Source: Bacteroidia bacterium (GTDB lineage: Bacteria > Bacteroidota > Bacteroidia > Bacteroidales > UBA932). Taken from it: a stretch of 64,000 bases of DNA. This document shows, in pieces, positions 9,647-18,529 of the stretch. The notes beneath the pieces are model-generated. The model saw only the letters and a list, made by a program, of their open reading frames with translations, made no database searches and was not told the DNA's origin. The stretch spans positions 7,986-71,985 of the forward strand of contig JAGKTT010000010.1 of NCBI GenBank assembly GCA_021153285.1, given 5' to 3'. The stretch's first letter is position 1. Each line of letters starts with the position of its first letter. The position numbers and the translations under genes are program-made.

Positions 9647-10639
9647 ATGCTTACAGTTGATATCGACAGCAATTCAGGATTCTGCGCCGGAGTAATCAGG
9701 GCAATCGGCAAGGCCGAAGAATTTCTGAAGGATTCAAAAGGCGAAAAACGCCTGTACTCTCTCGGTGCTATAGTTCATAACGATGCAGAACTCAGCAGAC
9801 TCGTTAATCAGGGACTGGTGACAATCGACAAGGAAGACCTTGACGAAATGGTAGCAGCAGATGGTGAAGTGCTGCTTATCAGAGCACACGGCGAACCCCC
9901 ACAGACATACAGGACTGCAGAAAGTCTGGGATTCAGCATAATAGACTGCACCTGTCCTGTGGTTCTGAAGCTTCAGGAGAGAATCAGAAACGCATACAGC
10001 AGAATACAGGAAGAAGGCAAGGGACAGATAATCATATTCGGAAAGATCGGACACGCGGAAGTACTGGGGCTTATAGGCCAGACTGACGGAACCGCAATTG
10101 TCGTGGAAAACACATTTATGCTGGATGAATTCATTTCAGACGGCACAATAGAACTCGGAGTATATACTGAAGTGTTCAGCCAGACGACCAAGAGTCCTGC
10201 AGAATATTCAAGGCTCTGCTCACGCCTTGAGGAGAAGATGGCGGCATACAACGAACTTTCCATTGAAAGATTCAAAGGACGCGAATTGCTGAAAGTCCAC
10301 AACACAATATGTCTTCAGGTAGCGGCAAGACACGAAAGACTGTCCAGATTCGCTCTTGAGCACGACGTCATCATCTTTGTCTCAGGCAAGGCAAGTTCCA
10401 ATGGAAAAGTCTTGTGCGACCTATGCAAATCATTGAATATCAGAACTTACCATATCGACTCCACAGAGGAGATCAAGAGGGAATGGTTCAGGGCAGATGA
10501 CCGCGTAGGAGTTTGTGGAGCGACTTCCACTCCCAAATGGCTTCTGGAAGATGTAGCTGAGCATATTCTTGACCTGAACAAGTACGTTCCTGCCTGGGAA
10601 GAGAAATTCGCAAGTGGTGAAAACACTGATAATCAGTAA
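9647..10639 (+). CDS. ispH: 4-hydroxy-3-methylbut-2-enyl diphosphate reductase
   Basis: GFCAGV, IVHN, IRAHG, DCTCPVV, SQTT, NTIC, SSNG and GATSTP; the three Fe-S cysteines are present. Confidence 0.95.
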   Translation: MLTVDIDSNSGFCAGVIRAIGKAEEFLKDSKGEKRLYSLGAIVHNDAELSRLVNQGLVTIDKEDLDEMVAADGEVLLIRAHGEPPQTYRTAESLGFSIIDCTCPVVLKLQERIRNAYSRIQEEGKGQIIIFGKIGHAEVLGLIGQTDGTAIVVENTFMLDEFISDGTIELGVYTEVFSQTTKSPAEYSRLCSRLEEKMAAYNELSIERFKGRELLKVHNTICLQVAARHERLSRFALEHDVIIFVSGKASSNGKVLCDLCKSLNIRTYHIDSTEEIKREWFRADDRVGVCGATSTPKWLLEDVAEHILDLNKYVPAWEEKFASGENTDNQ

Positions 10640-10642
10640 AAA

Positions 10643-10674
10643 TTTGGTAGGTAGCAGACTATTTTATATTTTTG
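10643..10674 (+). promoter_or_regulatory. Bacteroidota sigma-A promoter of efp
   Basis: TTTG (10643-10646), 20-nt spacer, TATTTTTG (10667-10674), matching the -33/-7 consensus. Confidence 0.65.
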
Positions 10675-10716
10675 CACCCGCTTTTGGAAAATAACAATAA
10701 AAACACTTAATATTTT

Positions 10717-11283
10717 ATGGCAACAACAGCTGATTTCAAGAACGGACTTTATCTTAGCTATAACGGAAAACCTTGCCAGATCGTATGGTTCCAGCACGTT
10801 AAGCCAGGAAAGGGTCCTGCATTCGTAAAGACAAAACTCAGAAACCTCGAGAACGGACGTATCCTCGAGAACACATTCACAGCAGGTGCAAAGATTGACA
10901 CCATCAACGTAGAGAGAAGACCTTATCAGTTCCTTTACAAGGATGAGGACGGATTCAACTTTATGCACGAGGAGACTTACGAGCAGATCCACCTTGATAC
11001 TGACCTCGTTGACAACGCTGACCTTATGAAGGAAGGACAGCACGTCGAGATGATGTTCCTTGCTGACGAGGAGCGCTGCCTCACTTGCGAACTTCCTACA
11101 TATGTGGAACTTGAGGTTACTTATACAGAGCCTGCAGTAAAGGGAGATACAGCTTCAACTAACGCTCAGAAAGAGATCACTCTCGAGACTGGAGCCATCA
11201 TTATGGCACCTCTCTTCATCAACATCGGAGAGAAGATCCGTGTAAACACTACTGACCGTTCATACGGTGAGCGCGTGAAGTAA
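10717..11283 (+). CDS. efp: Elongation factor P
   Basis: HVKPGKGPAFVKTKL loop, EPAVKGDTA, LETGA; 188 aa. Confidence 0.97.
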   Translation: MATTADFKNGLYLSYNGKPCQIVWFQHVKPGKGPAFVKTKLRNLENGRILENTFTAGAKIDTINVERRPYQFLYKDEDGFNFMHEETYEQIHLDTDLVDNADLMKEGQHVEMMFLADEERCLTCELPTYVELEVTYTEPAVKGDTASTNAQKEITLETGAIIMAPLFINIGEKIRVNTTDRSYGERVK

Positions 11284-11294
11284 TTCACCCACAC

Positions 11295-11344
11295 ATAGCA
11301 AACAAAAAAAACGGATGATGACATCCGTTTTTTTTGTTTGCTAT
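11295..11344. terminator. Bidirectional intrinsic terminator between efp and lptB
   Basis: Perfect 23-bp inverted repeat ATAGCAAACAAAAAAAACGGATG-atga-CATCCGTTTTTTTTGTTTGCTAT between convergent genes. Confidence 0.85.
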
Positions 11345-11356
11345 ACGATATATTTA

Positions 11357-12175
11357 TTACTGCAGAGACTGTTCTGCTGCAGCATCGTGCTCAGCCTTGG
11401 TATTGATTCGCTGAGGACCGCCCTGTTCTGCACGCAGGAAGGCTGCCGAGCGCTTGAGAACGAAGTTCGAACCGAGATATTTGGTTCTCACCTCATCGTC
11501 TCCGGCAAGCGCCTCCGGAGTACCGCTCTGAAGGATCGAGCCTTCATAAAGAAGGTAGGCACGGTCAATGATAGCAAGGGTTTCACCCACATTGTGGTCC
11601 GTGATGATCACGCCGATATTCTTGTATTTAAGCTTTGCAATGATGTACTGGATATCCTCCACTGCGATAGGGTCGACTCCGGCAAACGGCTCATCCAGAA
11701 GTATGAATTTAGGGTCGATAGCCAGCGCTCTGGCGATCTCACAACGTCGACGCTCTCCTCCGGACAGCTGGATACCCTTGCTTTTACGTACCTTATGGAG
11801 ATTGAATTCATCCAGAAGATCCTCCAGACGCTGCTTTCTTTCAGCCTTTGTGAACTGCTTGGACATCTCCATCACAGACATAATGTTATCCTCTACCGTC
11901 ATATGTCTGAACACTGACGCTTCCTGAGCAAGATATCCTACTCCCATCTGCGAGCGCTTATACATCGGAAGCTTCGTAATATCCTCATCATCAAGGTATA
12001 TCTTACCGGCATTAGGGACGATAAGGCCTGTGATCATATAGAAGCTGGTTGTCTTTCCGGCACCGTTAGGACCAAGAAATCCCACGATCTCCCCCTGATT
12101 GACCTCCATAGACACACCCTTCACCACCGTTCTGGGGCCATATTTCTTTACAAGATTTTCGCAACGTAATTTCAT
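11357..12175 (-). CDS. lptB: LPS export ABC transporter ATP-binding protein LptB
   Basis: [55 protein letters not shown]. Confidence 0.94.
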   Translation of the reverse strand: MKLRCENLVKKYGPRTVVKGVSMEVNQGEIVGFLGPNGAGKTTSFYMITGLIVPNAGKIYLDDEDITKLPMYKRSQMGVGYLAQEASVFRHMTVEDNIMSVMEMSKQFTKAERKQRLEDLLDEFNLHKVRKSKGIQLSGGERRRCEIARALAIDPKFILLDEPFAGVDPIAVEDIQYIIAKLKYKNIGVIITDHNVGETLAIIDRAYLLYEGSILQSGTPEALAGDDEVRTKYLGSNFVLKRSAAFLRAEQGGPQRINTKAEHDAAAEQSLQ

Positions 12176-12203
12176 AAATTTACAGTTTTGCTGCCTTCAT
12201 AGG

Positions 12204-13931
12204 CTATTTTATATCAAGCTCGAGATCTTTCACCAGGCTTTTGACTTCCTCGTTCTGTGCCATTAGCTCCTTTGCCTGTTCGCTCGGCATATATATCTTC
12301 TTCTGTTCAGGTGAATTATCCGGTGTTACAGCCACTCTCAGATATACCTTCAATGATCCCACTATCCTGCGGTAGTTGCCTTCAAGCTCGTGCAGAAGCT
12401 TTGACTCCACCCAGTCCTTCTGTGCATCATTCACCACTCGGAATGTAACTGTCTTGGCACCTTCTGTTTCTTCAATCTCCAGGGAAGTGCTCTTGAGCAT
12501 ACTTGCCAGACGCGGCTTGTCATTATAGCATTCCGCGAGTTCCGGCCATTTAGACTTCAGGACTTCATCTGCAGGTACCGGGGTCTCCTTTCCGGATGAA
12601 GATACTTCTGCAGCAGGAGTATCTTCCATCATTGCCTTCATCGAAAGCGAACCACCAGCACGTGAGGCACGGGTACGGCGTTCGCGCGGCTGAGGTTCTT
12701 CTGCCGGTGCAGGCTGCACCTGAACTGAAGGCTGCTGCACCGGAGCTGGCGCTGGAGCAGAAGGCTGTGCCGCCTGCTGAGGAGCCGGTGCCGGCTGAGG
12801 GTGAACTGTCTGCTGAGGGGCCTGTGGCTGGCTGAGCTTGCCGCTAAGGAAGCTCAGACGCATAAGTGCGAACTCGATATGCAGACGAGGGTTGACGCTC
12901 GCTCTGTACCCTGACTCACATTGAGTAGTTATACCCAATGCATCGTAAAGAAACTGAAGATGGCATCTTTCTGCCTGTTCCTTGTATCTTTGCTTCAGAG
13001 AATCAGGAAGTTCCAGAAGGGCTTCCAATCCCCCGCTCTTGCTGACCACAAGGTCTCGCAGATGTGATGACAATGCCGCAACGAAATGAAGCGCATTGAA
13101 TCCCTTGGTCAATATTTCGTCAAAAGTCATCAGAGCCGTAGGATAGTCTCCGTTCAGAAAGGCATCTACAAGAGAGAAACTGTATTCGTAGTCCAGGACA
13201 TTGAGATTGCGCAGAACGTCCTGATATTTCACATCTGTGCCGCAGAAGGCCACAGTCTGGTCAAATATTGTAAGAGCGTCACGCATTGCTCCGTCAGCCT
13301 TGTGAGCCACCACGTGCAGAGACTCATCATCGATAGTGATTCCCTCGCTGGAAGCCACCATACGAAGGTTCCTCACGATATTGTCTACTGTGATTCTATT
13401 GAAATCATATGTCTGACAGCGTGAAAGGATTGTCGGAAGAATCTTATGCTTCTCAGTGGTCGCGAGGATGAATATCGCGTGTGCAGGCGGTTCCTCCAAG
13501 GTCTTGAGAAAGGCATTGAATGCAGCCTGTGAAAGCATATGTACCTCATCGATGATATAGACGCTGTAACGTCCTACCTGCGGAGGTATGCGGACCTGGT
13601 CCATCAGGGCCTTGATATCCTCGACACCATTGTTTGATGCGGCATCAAGCTCGTGGATGCAGTATGATCTGCCCTCTGCAAAAGAAAGGCAGGACTCGCA
13701 GGTTCCGCAAGGTTCCATATCCTCTGAAGGATTGGAACAATTGATCATCTTGGCAAAGATGCGGGCTGTGGTAGTCTTGCCGACTCCACGCGGTCCGCAG
13801 AAAAGATATGCGTGCGCGAGCTGTCCTCTCAGAATGGAGTTCTTGAGGGTCTGGGCTATATTGTCCTGGCCTATAAGGGTTCCGAAGGAATCCGGCCTGT
13901 ACTTTCTGGCTGAAACTATATACTGTGACAT
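12204..13931 (-). CDS. dnaX: DNA polymerase III subunit gamma/tau
   Basis: ARKYRP, GPRGVGKTT, PCGTCESC zinc site, ELDAASNNGV, IIDEVHML, SRCQ; Pro/Gln-rich linker. Confidence 0.96.
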   Translation of the reverse strand: MSQYIVSARKYRPDSFGTLIGQDNIAQTLKNSILRGQLAHAYLFCGPRGVGKTTTARIFAKMINCSNPSEDMEPCGTCESCLSFAEGRSYCIHELDAASNNGVEDIKALMDQVRIPPQVGRYSVYIIDEVHMLSQAAFNAFLKTLEEPPAHAIFILATTEKHKILPTILSRCQTYDFNRITVDNIVRNLRMVASSEGITIDDESLHVVAHKADGAMRDALTIFDQTVAFCGTDVKYQDVLRNLNVLDYEYSFSLVDAFLNGDYPTALMTFDEILTKGFNALHFVAALSSHLRDLVVSKSGGLEALLELPDSLKQRYKEQAERCHLQFLYDALGITTQCESGYRASVNPRLHIEFALMRLSFLSGKLSQPQAPQQTVHPQPAPAPQQAAQPSAPAPAPVQQPSVQVQPAPAEEPQPRERRTRASRAGGSLSMKAMMEDTPAAEVSSSGKETPVPADEVLKSKWPELAECYNDKPRLASMLKSTSLEIEETEGAKTVTFRVVNDAQKDWVESKLLHELEGNYRRIVGSLKVYLRVAVTPDNSPEQKKIYMPSEQAKELMAQNEEVKSLVKDLELDIK

Positions 13932-13952
13932 ATTCGTTCTTTGGTCAACTTA

Positions 13953-14011
13953 CAAATATAGCATTAATTTTGATAGAAACTGTTTTCTTGCCTTTTAAAA
14001 ATGTATCTTTG
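13953..14011. promoter_or_regulatory. Divergent -7 elements for dnaX and the downstream hypothetical gene
   Basis: TATATTTG on - strand (13953-13960); TATCTTTG on + strand (14004-14011). Confidence 0.55.
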
Positions 14012-14045
14012 CAGAGGATTTCACAGAGAATCAGTTTAAGTCAAT

Positions 14046-14894
14046 ATGAGAAAAGCTATAATATTCATCATTTCCATCATCCTGCCGATTGCAGCATCCG
14101 CTCAGGCTCAGATAAACACAAAGAAGGTGAAAATAAGCGACTTCACCCAGAAGATTACAAAAGTAGTGCTTAACGGCAATGATTTCTTCGACATCACCTT
14201 CCAGGAAGAAATAACTGCAGGATGGAGGATCTCGCCATATGAATTCTGCACGCTTGAAGAATTCGAGCAGTTGAAAAACAATGAGAATTACTATTTCCTT
14301 ATGGCCACATACGGTCAGTTCAGAAAGGAGACCGCACCGGGACTTCAGTTCCTGACATTGGTCAAGGGAGGCAAAGGAGCAGACAAAGGCATCGGCCATA
14401 TGCTGGAAATCGTATCATTGCCATTTGCTTCAGCAGAATATCCATCCGGCAGGGAACTGGTGTTCCTTCCGGCATTTCTGAACATTATCCAGAACCACAC
14501 ACTGGCTTCAATGGAGAACGACTATAACGGTTACGGAGGCCTGGCAAGCAACAACATCAATCTTGGTAAGGCCGACGACCTGGAGATCATCATATCTGAA
14601 GATGATTTGAGCGAAGACGTTACTCAGGAGCAGCTGGATAAGATGAAAGATAACGGAATCATCCTGACTGATGAGGACGATGCCGATCAGTATATGACTG
14701 ACGGCGTCCCGGGCACACTGGTAAGTTATGTAGCAATACCGTCTGAACCGGTAGCCGGTTCTTTCTGCTACAAGATGCTTATCGACACTCAGACACACAA
14801 GCTTTATTATTTCAAGAGACATCGCATCGGAAAGAAAGCTGGAGAAGGATTTCTCCCTGAAGACATTGACCGTATCATAGCAAGCAGGAGGTAA
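14046..14894 (+). CDS. Secreted hypothetical protein
   Basis: 282 aa with a signal peptide (ASAQAQ); no motif recognised. Confidence 0.75.
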   Translation: MRKAIIFIISIILPIAASAQAQINTKKVKISDFTQKITKVVLNGNDFFDITFQEEITAGWRISPYEFCTLEEFEQLKNNENYYFLMATYGQFRKETAPGLQFLTLVKGGKGADKGIGHMLEIVSLPFASAEYPSGRELVFLPAFLNIIQNHTLASMENDYNGYGGLASNNINLGKADDLEIIISEDDLSEDVTQEQLDKMKDNGIILTDEDDADQYMTDGVPGTLVSYVAIPSEPVAGSFCYKMLIDTQTHKLYYFKRHRIGKKAGEGFLPEDIDRIIASRR

Positions 14895-14897
14895 GGG

Positions 14898-16166
14898 ATG
14901 AAAAGCGGAAAGGCAGGATGCGGACTGCAATATGCAGTAAAAAAGAGCGGGTCTGCTGTCGGATACTGTGCTCTGAGCATAAAATGCGGAACAAGGGATG
15001 AAGCAGGATATCACAGCGGTATAGCACATTTTACAGAACACACTCTATTCAAGGGCACCTCCAATAAAAGTGCCTATGTAATAAACAGTTACCTCGACCG
15101 CTTGGGTGGAGAGCTCAATGCATTCACGACAAAGGAGGAGATTGTATTCCACGCAACGGTACTGAAAGAGGATCTTAACAAGGCTGCTTCATTACTTTTT
15201 GAACTGGCCACCGGAGCTACATTCCCCGAGCAGGAGATCCAGACTGAAAAAGGTGTGGTCATAGACGAAATCCAATCCTATAAGGACAGCCCCTCAGAGG
15301 ACATCTACGACAAGTTCGAGGAAATGATTTTTCAGGGACATCCCCTCAGCGGAAACATTCTCGGAACTACAGCCTCTGTGAAGAAAATCACCAGAGATGA
15401 GCTTCTGGCCTTTGTCAAGGAAAAGTTCATCCCTTGCAAGATGGCTTTTACCGTAGTGGCTGATATGGATGAGGCAAAGATGGAAAAGGCGGTACTGAAG
15501 CTGGCTGACAGATTTTTCGGAGGTTCGGCCGTGGCTTGTAATAATATACAAGAATGCGGAATGAGTGAACGGCAGGGATTTCCTTGCAGCAGCAGAGTAA
15601 TACCATCTGCTGAACCGTTCGACAAACGGATCAGCAAAAGGAATCATCAGGCCAATTGCGTCATCGGAGCACTTGCTCCATCACTTTATCAGGAACGTGA
15701 AAGACTAGCCACCGTACTTCTTTGCAATATTCTCGGTGGACCGGCGAGCAATTCGATATTGAATTCAGTACTGCGTGAGAAGAACGGATGGGTCTACGGA
15801 GTGGAGTGCGGATATACCCAGTTCACCGACACAGGACTTGTGGCTATTACGCTCGGATGCGATAAGGCCAATCTGGATCAATGTCTCACGTCCATCGATA
15901 AGGAGATTGCAAAGCTTCAGAGCGAACCGTTATCGGAAAGGAAGCTGAAGGCTGCAAAGAAGCAGCTGCTGGGACAGATCGCCATCAGCGGAGACAATGG
16001 TGAGACCCAATGTCTTTCAATGGGAAAGAGTCTGCTGGCTTACGGAAAGGTGTCAGGCGGGAAGGAGAACAAGGCGCTGGTAGATGCCATTACTGCAGAG
16101 GATGTACAGGAAATGGCAATAAAGATATTTGACAAAGACCGTATATCGAAACTTATCTATATTTAG
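14898..16166 (+). CDS. M16 family zinc peptidase (pitrilysin/insulinase-like)
   Basis: GIAHFTEHTLFKGT (inverted HxxEH), NAFTTKE, EKGVVIDEI, LREKNGWVYGV. Confidence 0.92.
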   Translation: MKSGKAGCGLQYAVKKSGSAVGYCALSIKCGTRDEAGYHSGIAHFTEHTLFKGTSNKSAYVINSYLDRLGGELNAFTTKEEIVFHATVLKEDLNKAASLLFELATGATFPEQEIQTEKGVVIDEIQSYKDSPSEDIYDKFEEMIFQGHPLSGNILGTTASVKKITRDELLAFVKEKFIPCKMAFTVVADMDEAKMEKAVLKLADRFFGGSAVACNNIQECGMSERQGFPCSSRVIPSAEPFDKRISKRNHQANCVIGALAPSLYQERERLATVLLCNILGGPASNSILNSVLREKNGWVYGVECGYTQFTDTGLVAITLGCDKANLDQCLTSIDKEIAKLQSEPLSERKLKAAKKQLLGQIAISGDNGETQCLSMGKSLLAYGKVSGGKENKALVDAITAEDVQEMAIKIFDKDRISKLIYI

Positions 16167-16187
16167 TCTGAATGGCAAGAACAGAAT

Positions 16188-16862
16188 ATGGAGCACATCT
16201 ATAAATATATTGAAGAACACGCGACCCCTCAGAGTGAGGCTCTGAACTGGGTGGTGAGACAGACGCATATCAGGACCAATCACGCGAGGATGCTTTCCGG
16301 AGCTCTGCAAGGACAGCTTATGAGGATGCTCGTGCAGATGACCGGGGCCAGAAGGATTCTGGAACTGGGTACCTTTACAGGATATTCTGCAATCTGCCTT
16401 GCATCCGGACTTCCAGAAGAGGGACATCTGGACACATTGGAACTTAATGATGAGCTGGAAGATCTGATTCTTGAGGGTTTCGAACGAGCCGGACTGGCAG
16501 ACAAGATTGCCCTTCACATCGGTGACTGCAAGCAGACGCTTGGCAGATTCCGCGAAGAAATGGGTCTGGCAGAAGGTTCGGAAGCTGATCCGGAGAAACT
16601 TTACGACATCGTATATATGGATGCCAACAAACGCGAATACTGCGAGTATTATGATCTGGTATTCGATATGGTACGCCCGGGAGGACTCATCCTTGCGGAC
16701 AATGTGCTCTGGGACGGCAAGGTATGCCAGGATCCGCTGCCTCAGGACAAGCAGACCCTGGGAATAGCCCGTTTCAATGATCTTGTAAGGGATGACCCCC
16801 GTGTAGAGTCAGTGATTCTCCCTCTGCGCGACGGTCTGAATGTAATCCACAAAAGATTATAA
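16188..16862 (+). CDS. SAM-dependent O-methyltransferase (caffeoyl-CoA OMT/YrrM-like family)
   Basis: ILELGTFTGYSA, YMDANK, GGLILADNVLWDG, LPLRDGL. Confidence 0.9.
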   Translation: MEHIYKYIEEHATPQSEALNWVVRQTHIRTNHARMLSGALQGQLMRMLVQMTGARRILELGTFTGYSAICLASGLPEEGHLDTLELNDELEDLILEGFERAGLADKIALHIGDCKQTLGRFREEMGLAEGSEADPEKLYDIVYMDANKREYCEYYDLVFDMVRPGGLILADNVLWDGKVCQDPLPQDKQTLGIARFNDLVRDDPRVESVILPLRDGLNVIHKRL

Positions 16863-16890
16863 ATCAGCTTAAAGCATCAGCTATCAAATA

Positions 16891-18525
16891 CTACGGGCGC
16901 GCATAGCCGGGATTCTGAACGAGACGATCATTGACTGCAAGCTCTGTCGGAGGAATAGAGAAGATACATTTGTATTCAGGGAATGCCTGACCGGCGTACG
17001 AGTCGCCGCCTTTATATGGCCACAGATAGGTATCTGTATGATAGAGTCCGTATCTGATCAGGTCAGTCCTGCGGTGTGCCTCCCACATAAGTTCGCGAGC
17101 TCTTTCTGCCATCAGAAAATCCTGTGTGATCTCAGACGGAGGTTCCACCCCGGCTCTGGCTGAGAGTTCCTGAATCTTCGGAAGAGCCATTGGATCTGCT
17201 CCCAGATGCATACAGGCTTCAGCATAAATAAGATATATCTCCGCCAGTCTGATCATCGGGAAATCCACATCCGAGAATCCTTTCTGGGCCGATGTAGCAA
17301 GATAGGATTCATCGGTCTGTCCGTACGGAATGTTAGTGAACTTCAGGCAGGACCATCCGTTCATAAAGGAATATAGAGCTCCTTCCATCGATTCCTTGCG
17401 TCCTTTGATATAGAATATCTCTCCCCTTTTGTCAATGACATCATAAGTTCCTGTCTCATAATTCTGTCCACTGACATTGAAATATCGGGAAACATATTCA
17501 TACGGCACTCTGAGACCAGCCCAGCCGTTCACCTGTCCGTTAGGACGCGATTGGTCCGTGATGTCGGTCGAGGCAAGAGATGCACTGAGGATGTAGGTCG
17601 TGCCACCGTATGAGTCGGTGTAGTCGGAATCATAATCCACAGCCCACAGCATTTCAGTCTGTACCAGAGCATTGGTGCCATTGTCTCCTCTGAAAAGCGC
17701 TGTATAATCCGGACATAGGGAGTAGCCCATATTGAAGATGGACTCACATATTGTCTTGGCTTCCTGCCAGCGTTCCACACCTGTATACACCTTGGAGTTC
17801 AAGTACATACGAGCCAGAAGACCGGCTGCGGAGCCTTTGTCGGCGCGTGGATAAGCGAAATGAGGCTGAGGCATATTGCTCTGATCCGAGATGAGATAGG
17901 TCAATTCGCTGACACAATAGTCAAATATTTCCGTACGGGAGGCCTGTTCAGGGAAATATGTTCCGCCGAACGGAGATTTTTCGGTAGTGAAAGGTACACT
18001 TCCGAAGCAGTCAAGGGCCATCCAATACAAGTAAGCCCTGATGAAGCGGGCCTCGTCCCTGAAGCCGTCGATCTTTGCTGCCAATTCCGGCTGCACACCT
18101 CTGGAAGCAAGCTTATCGGGAGATGTCTGACGGAGATATTCATTTACGTATGCAATACCTTGAAGCGTACGGACATATACCGCATATACCGCATCATTCT
18201 GGACTTCAGACCAGGTATTGGTATTCAATGCCCTTACCCAGGCATCGTTCTCCCAGGAACATTTGGCCGCGTCTGCAGTGGTCTCCTGGACCGACCAGAA
18301 GGCACGGATGATTTCTGAAGCACCACCGTCCATCTGCTGAAGGTCGGTCAGATCGTTCGAGACAAACTGGAAGTACAGACGGCTCAGACCGGCAAGGTAG
18401 GCACTTTCGTCAGTACCGTAGACATATTCGGAGACAGGCTCGGTATTGTTAAGAGGGAGTGTATCGAGATCGTTCACGCAGGCTGTCATTGCCGCTGCGA
18501 TGAGAATGTATATTATTCGTTTCAT
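16891..18525 (-). CDS. susD: SusD/RagB family glycan-binding lipoprotein (second, distal copy)
   Basis: Lipobox MTAC; EARFIRAYLYW, IRLAEIYLIYAEA, ERARELMWEAHRRTDLIRYG, QNPGY. Confidence 0.93.
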   Translation of the reverse strand: MKRIIYILIAAAMTACVNDLDTLPLNNTEPVSEYVYGTDESAYLAGLSRLYFQFVSNDLTDLQQMDGGASEIIRAFWSVQETTADAAKCSWENDAWVRALNTNTWSEVQNDAVYAVYVRTLQGIAYVNEYLRQTSPDKLASRGVQPELAAKIDGFRDEARFIRAYLYWMALDCFGSVPFTTEKSPFGGTYFPEQASRTEIFDYCVSELTYLISDQSNMPQPHFAYPRADKGSAAGLLARMYLNSKVYTGVERWQEAKTICESIFNMGYSLCPDYTALFRGDNGTNALVQTEMLWAVDYDSDYTDSYGGTTYILSASLASTDITDQSRPNGQVNGWAGLRVPYEYVSRYFNVSGQNYETGTYDVIDKRGEIFYIKGRKESMEGALYSFMNGWSCLKFTNIPYGQTDESYLATSAQKGFSDVDFPMIRLAEIYLIYAEACMHLGADPMALPKIQELSARAGVEPPSEITQDFLMAERARELMWEAHRRTDLIRYGLYHTDTYLWPYKGGDSYAGQAFPEYKCIFSIPPTELAVNDRLVQNPGYARP

Positions 18526-18529
18526 ATTT

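Noticed and set aside
12600-12840. Pro/Gln/Ala-rich repeats in dnaX (and similarly in the ssb tail)
   Set aside because: Ordinary low-complexity linkers for these proteins; no slippery frameshift signal for a gamma subunit was noticed
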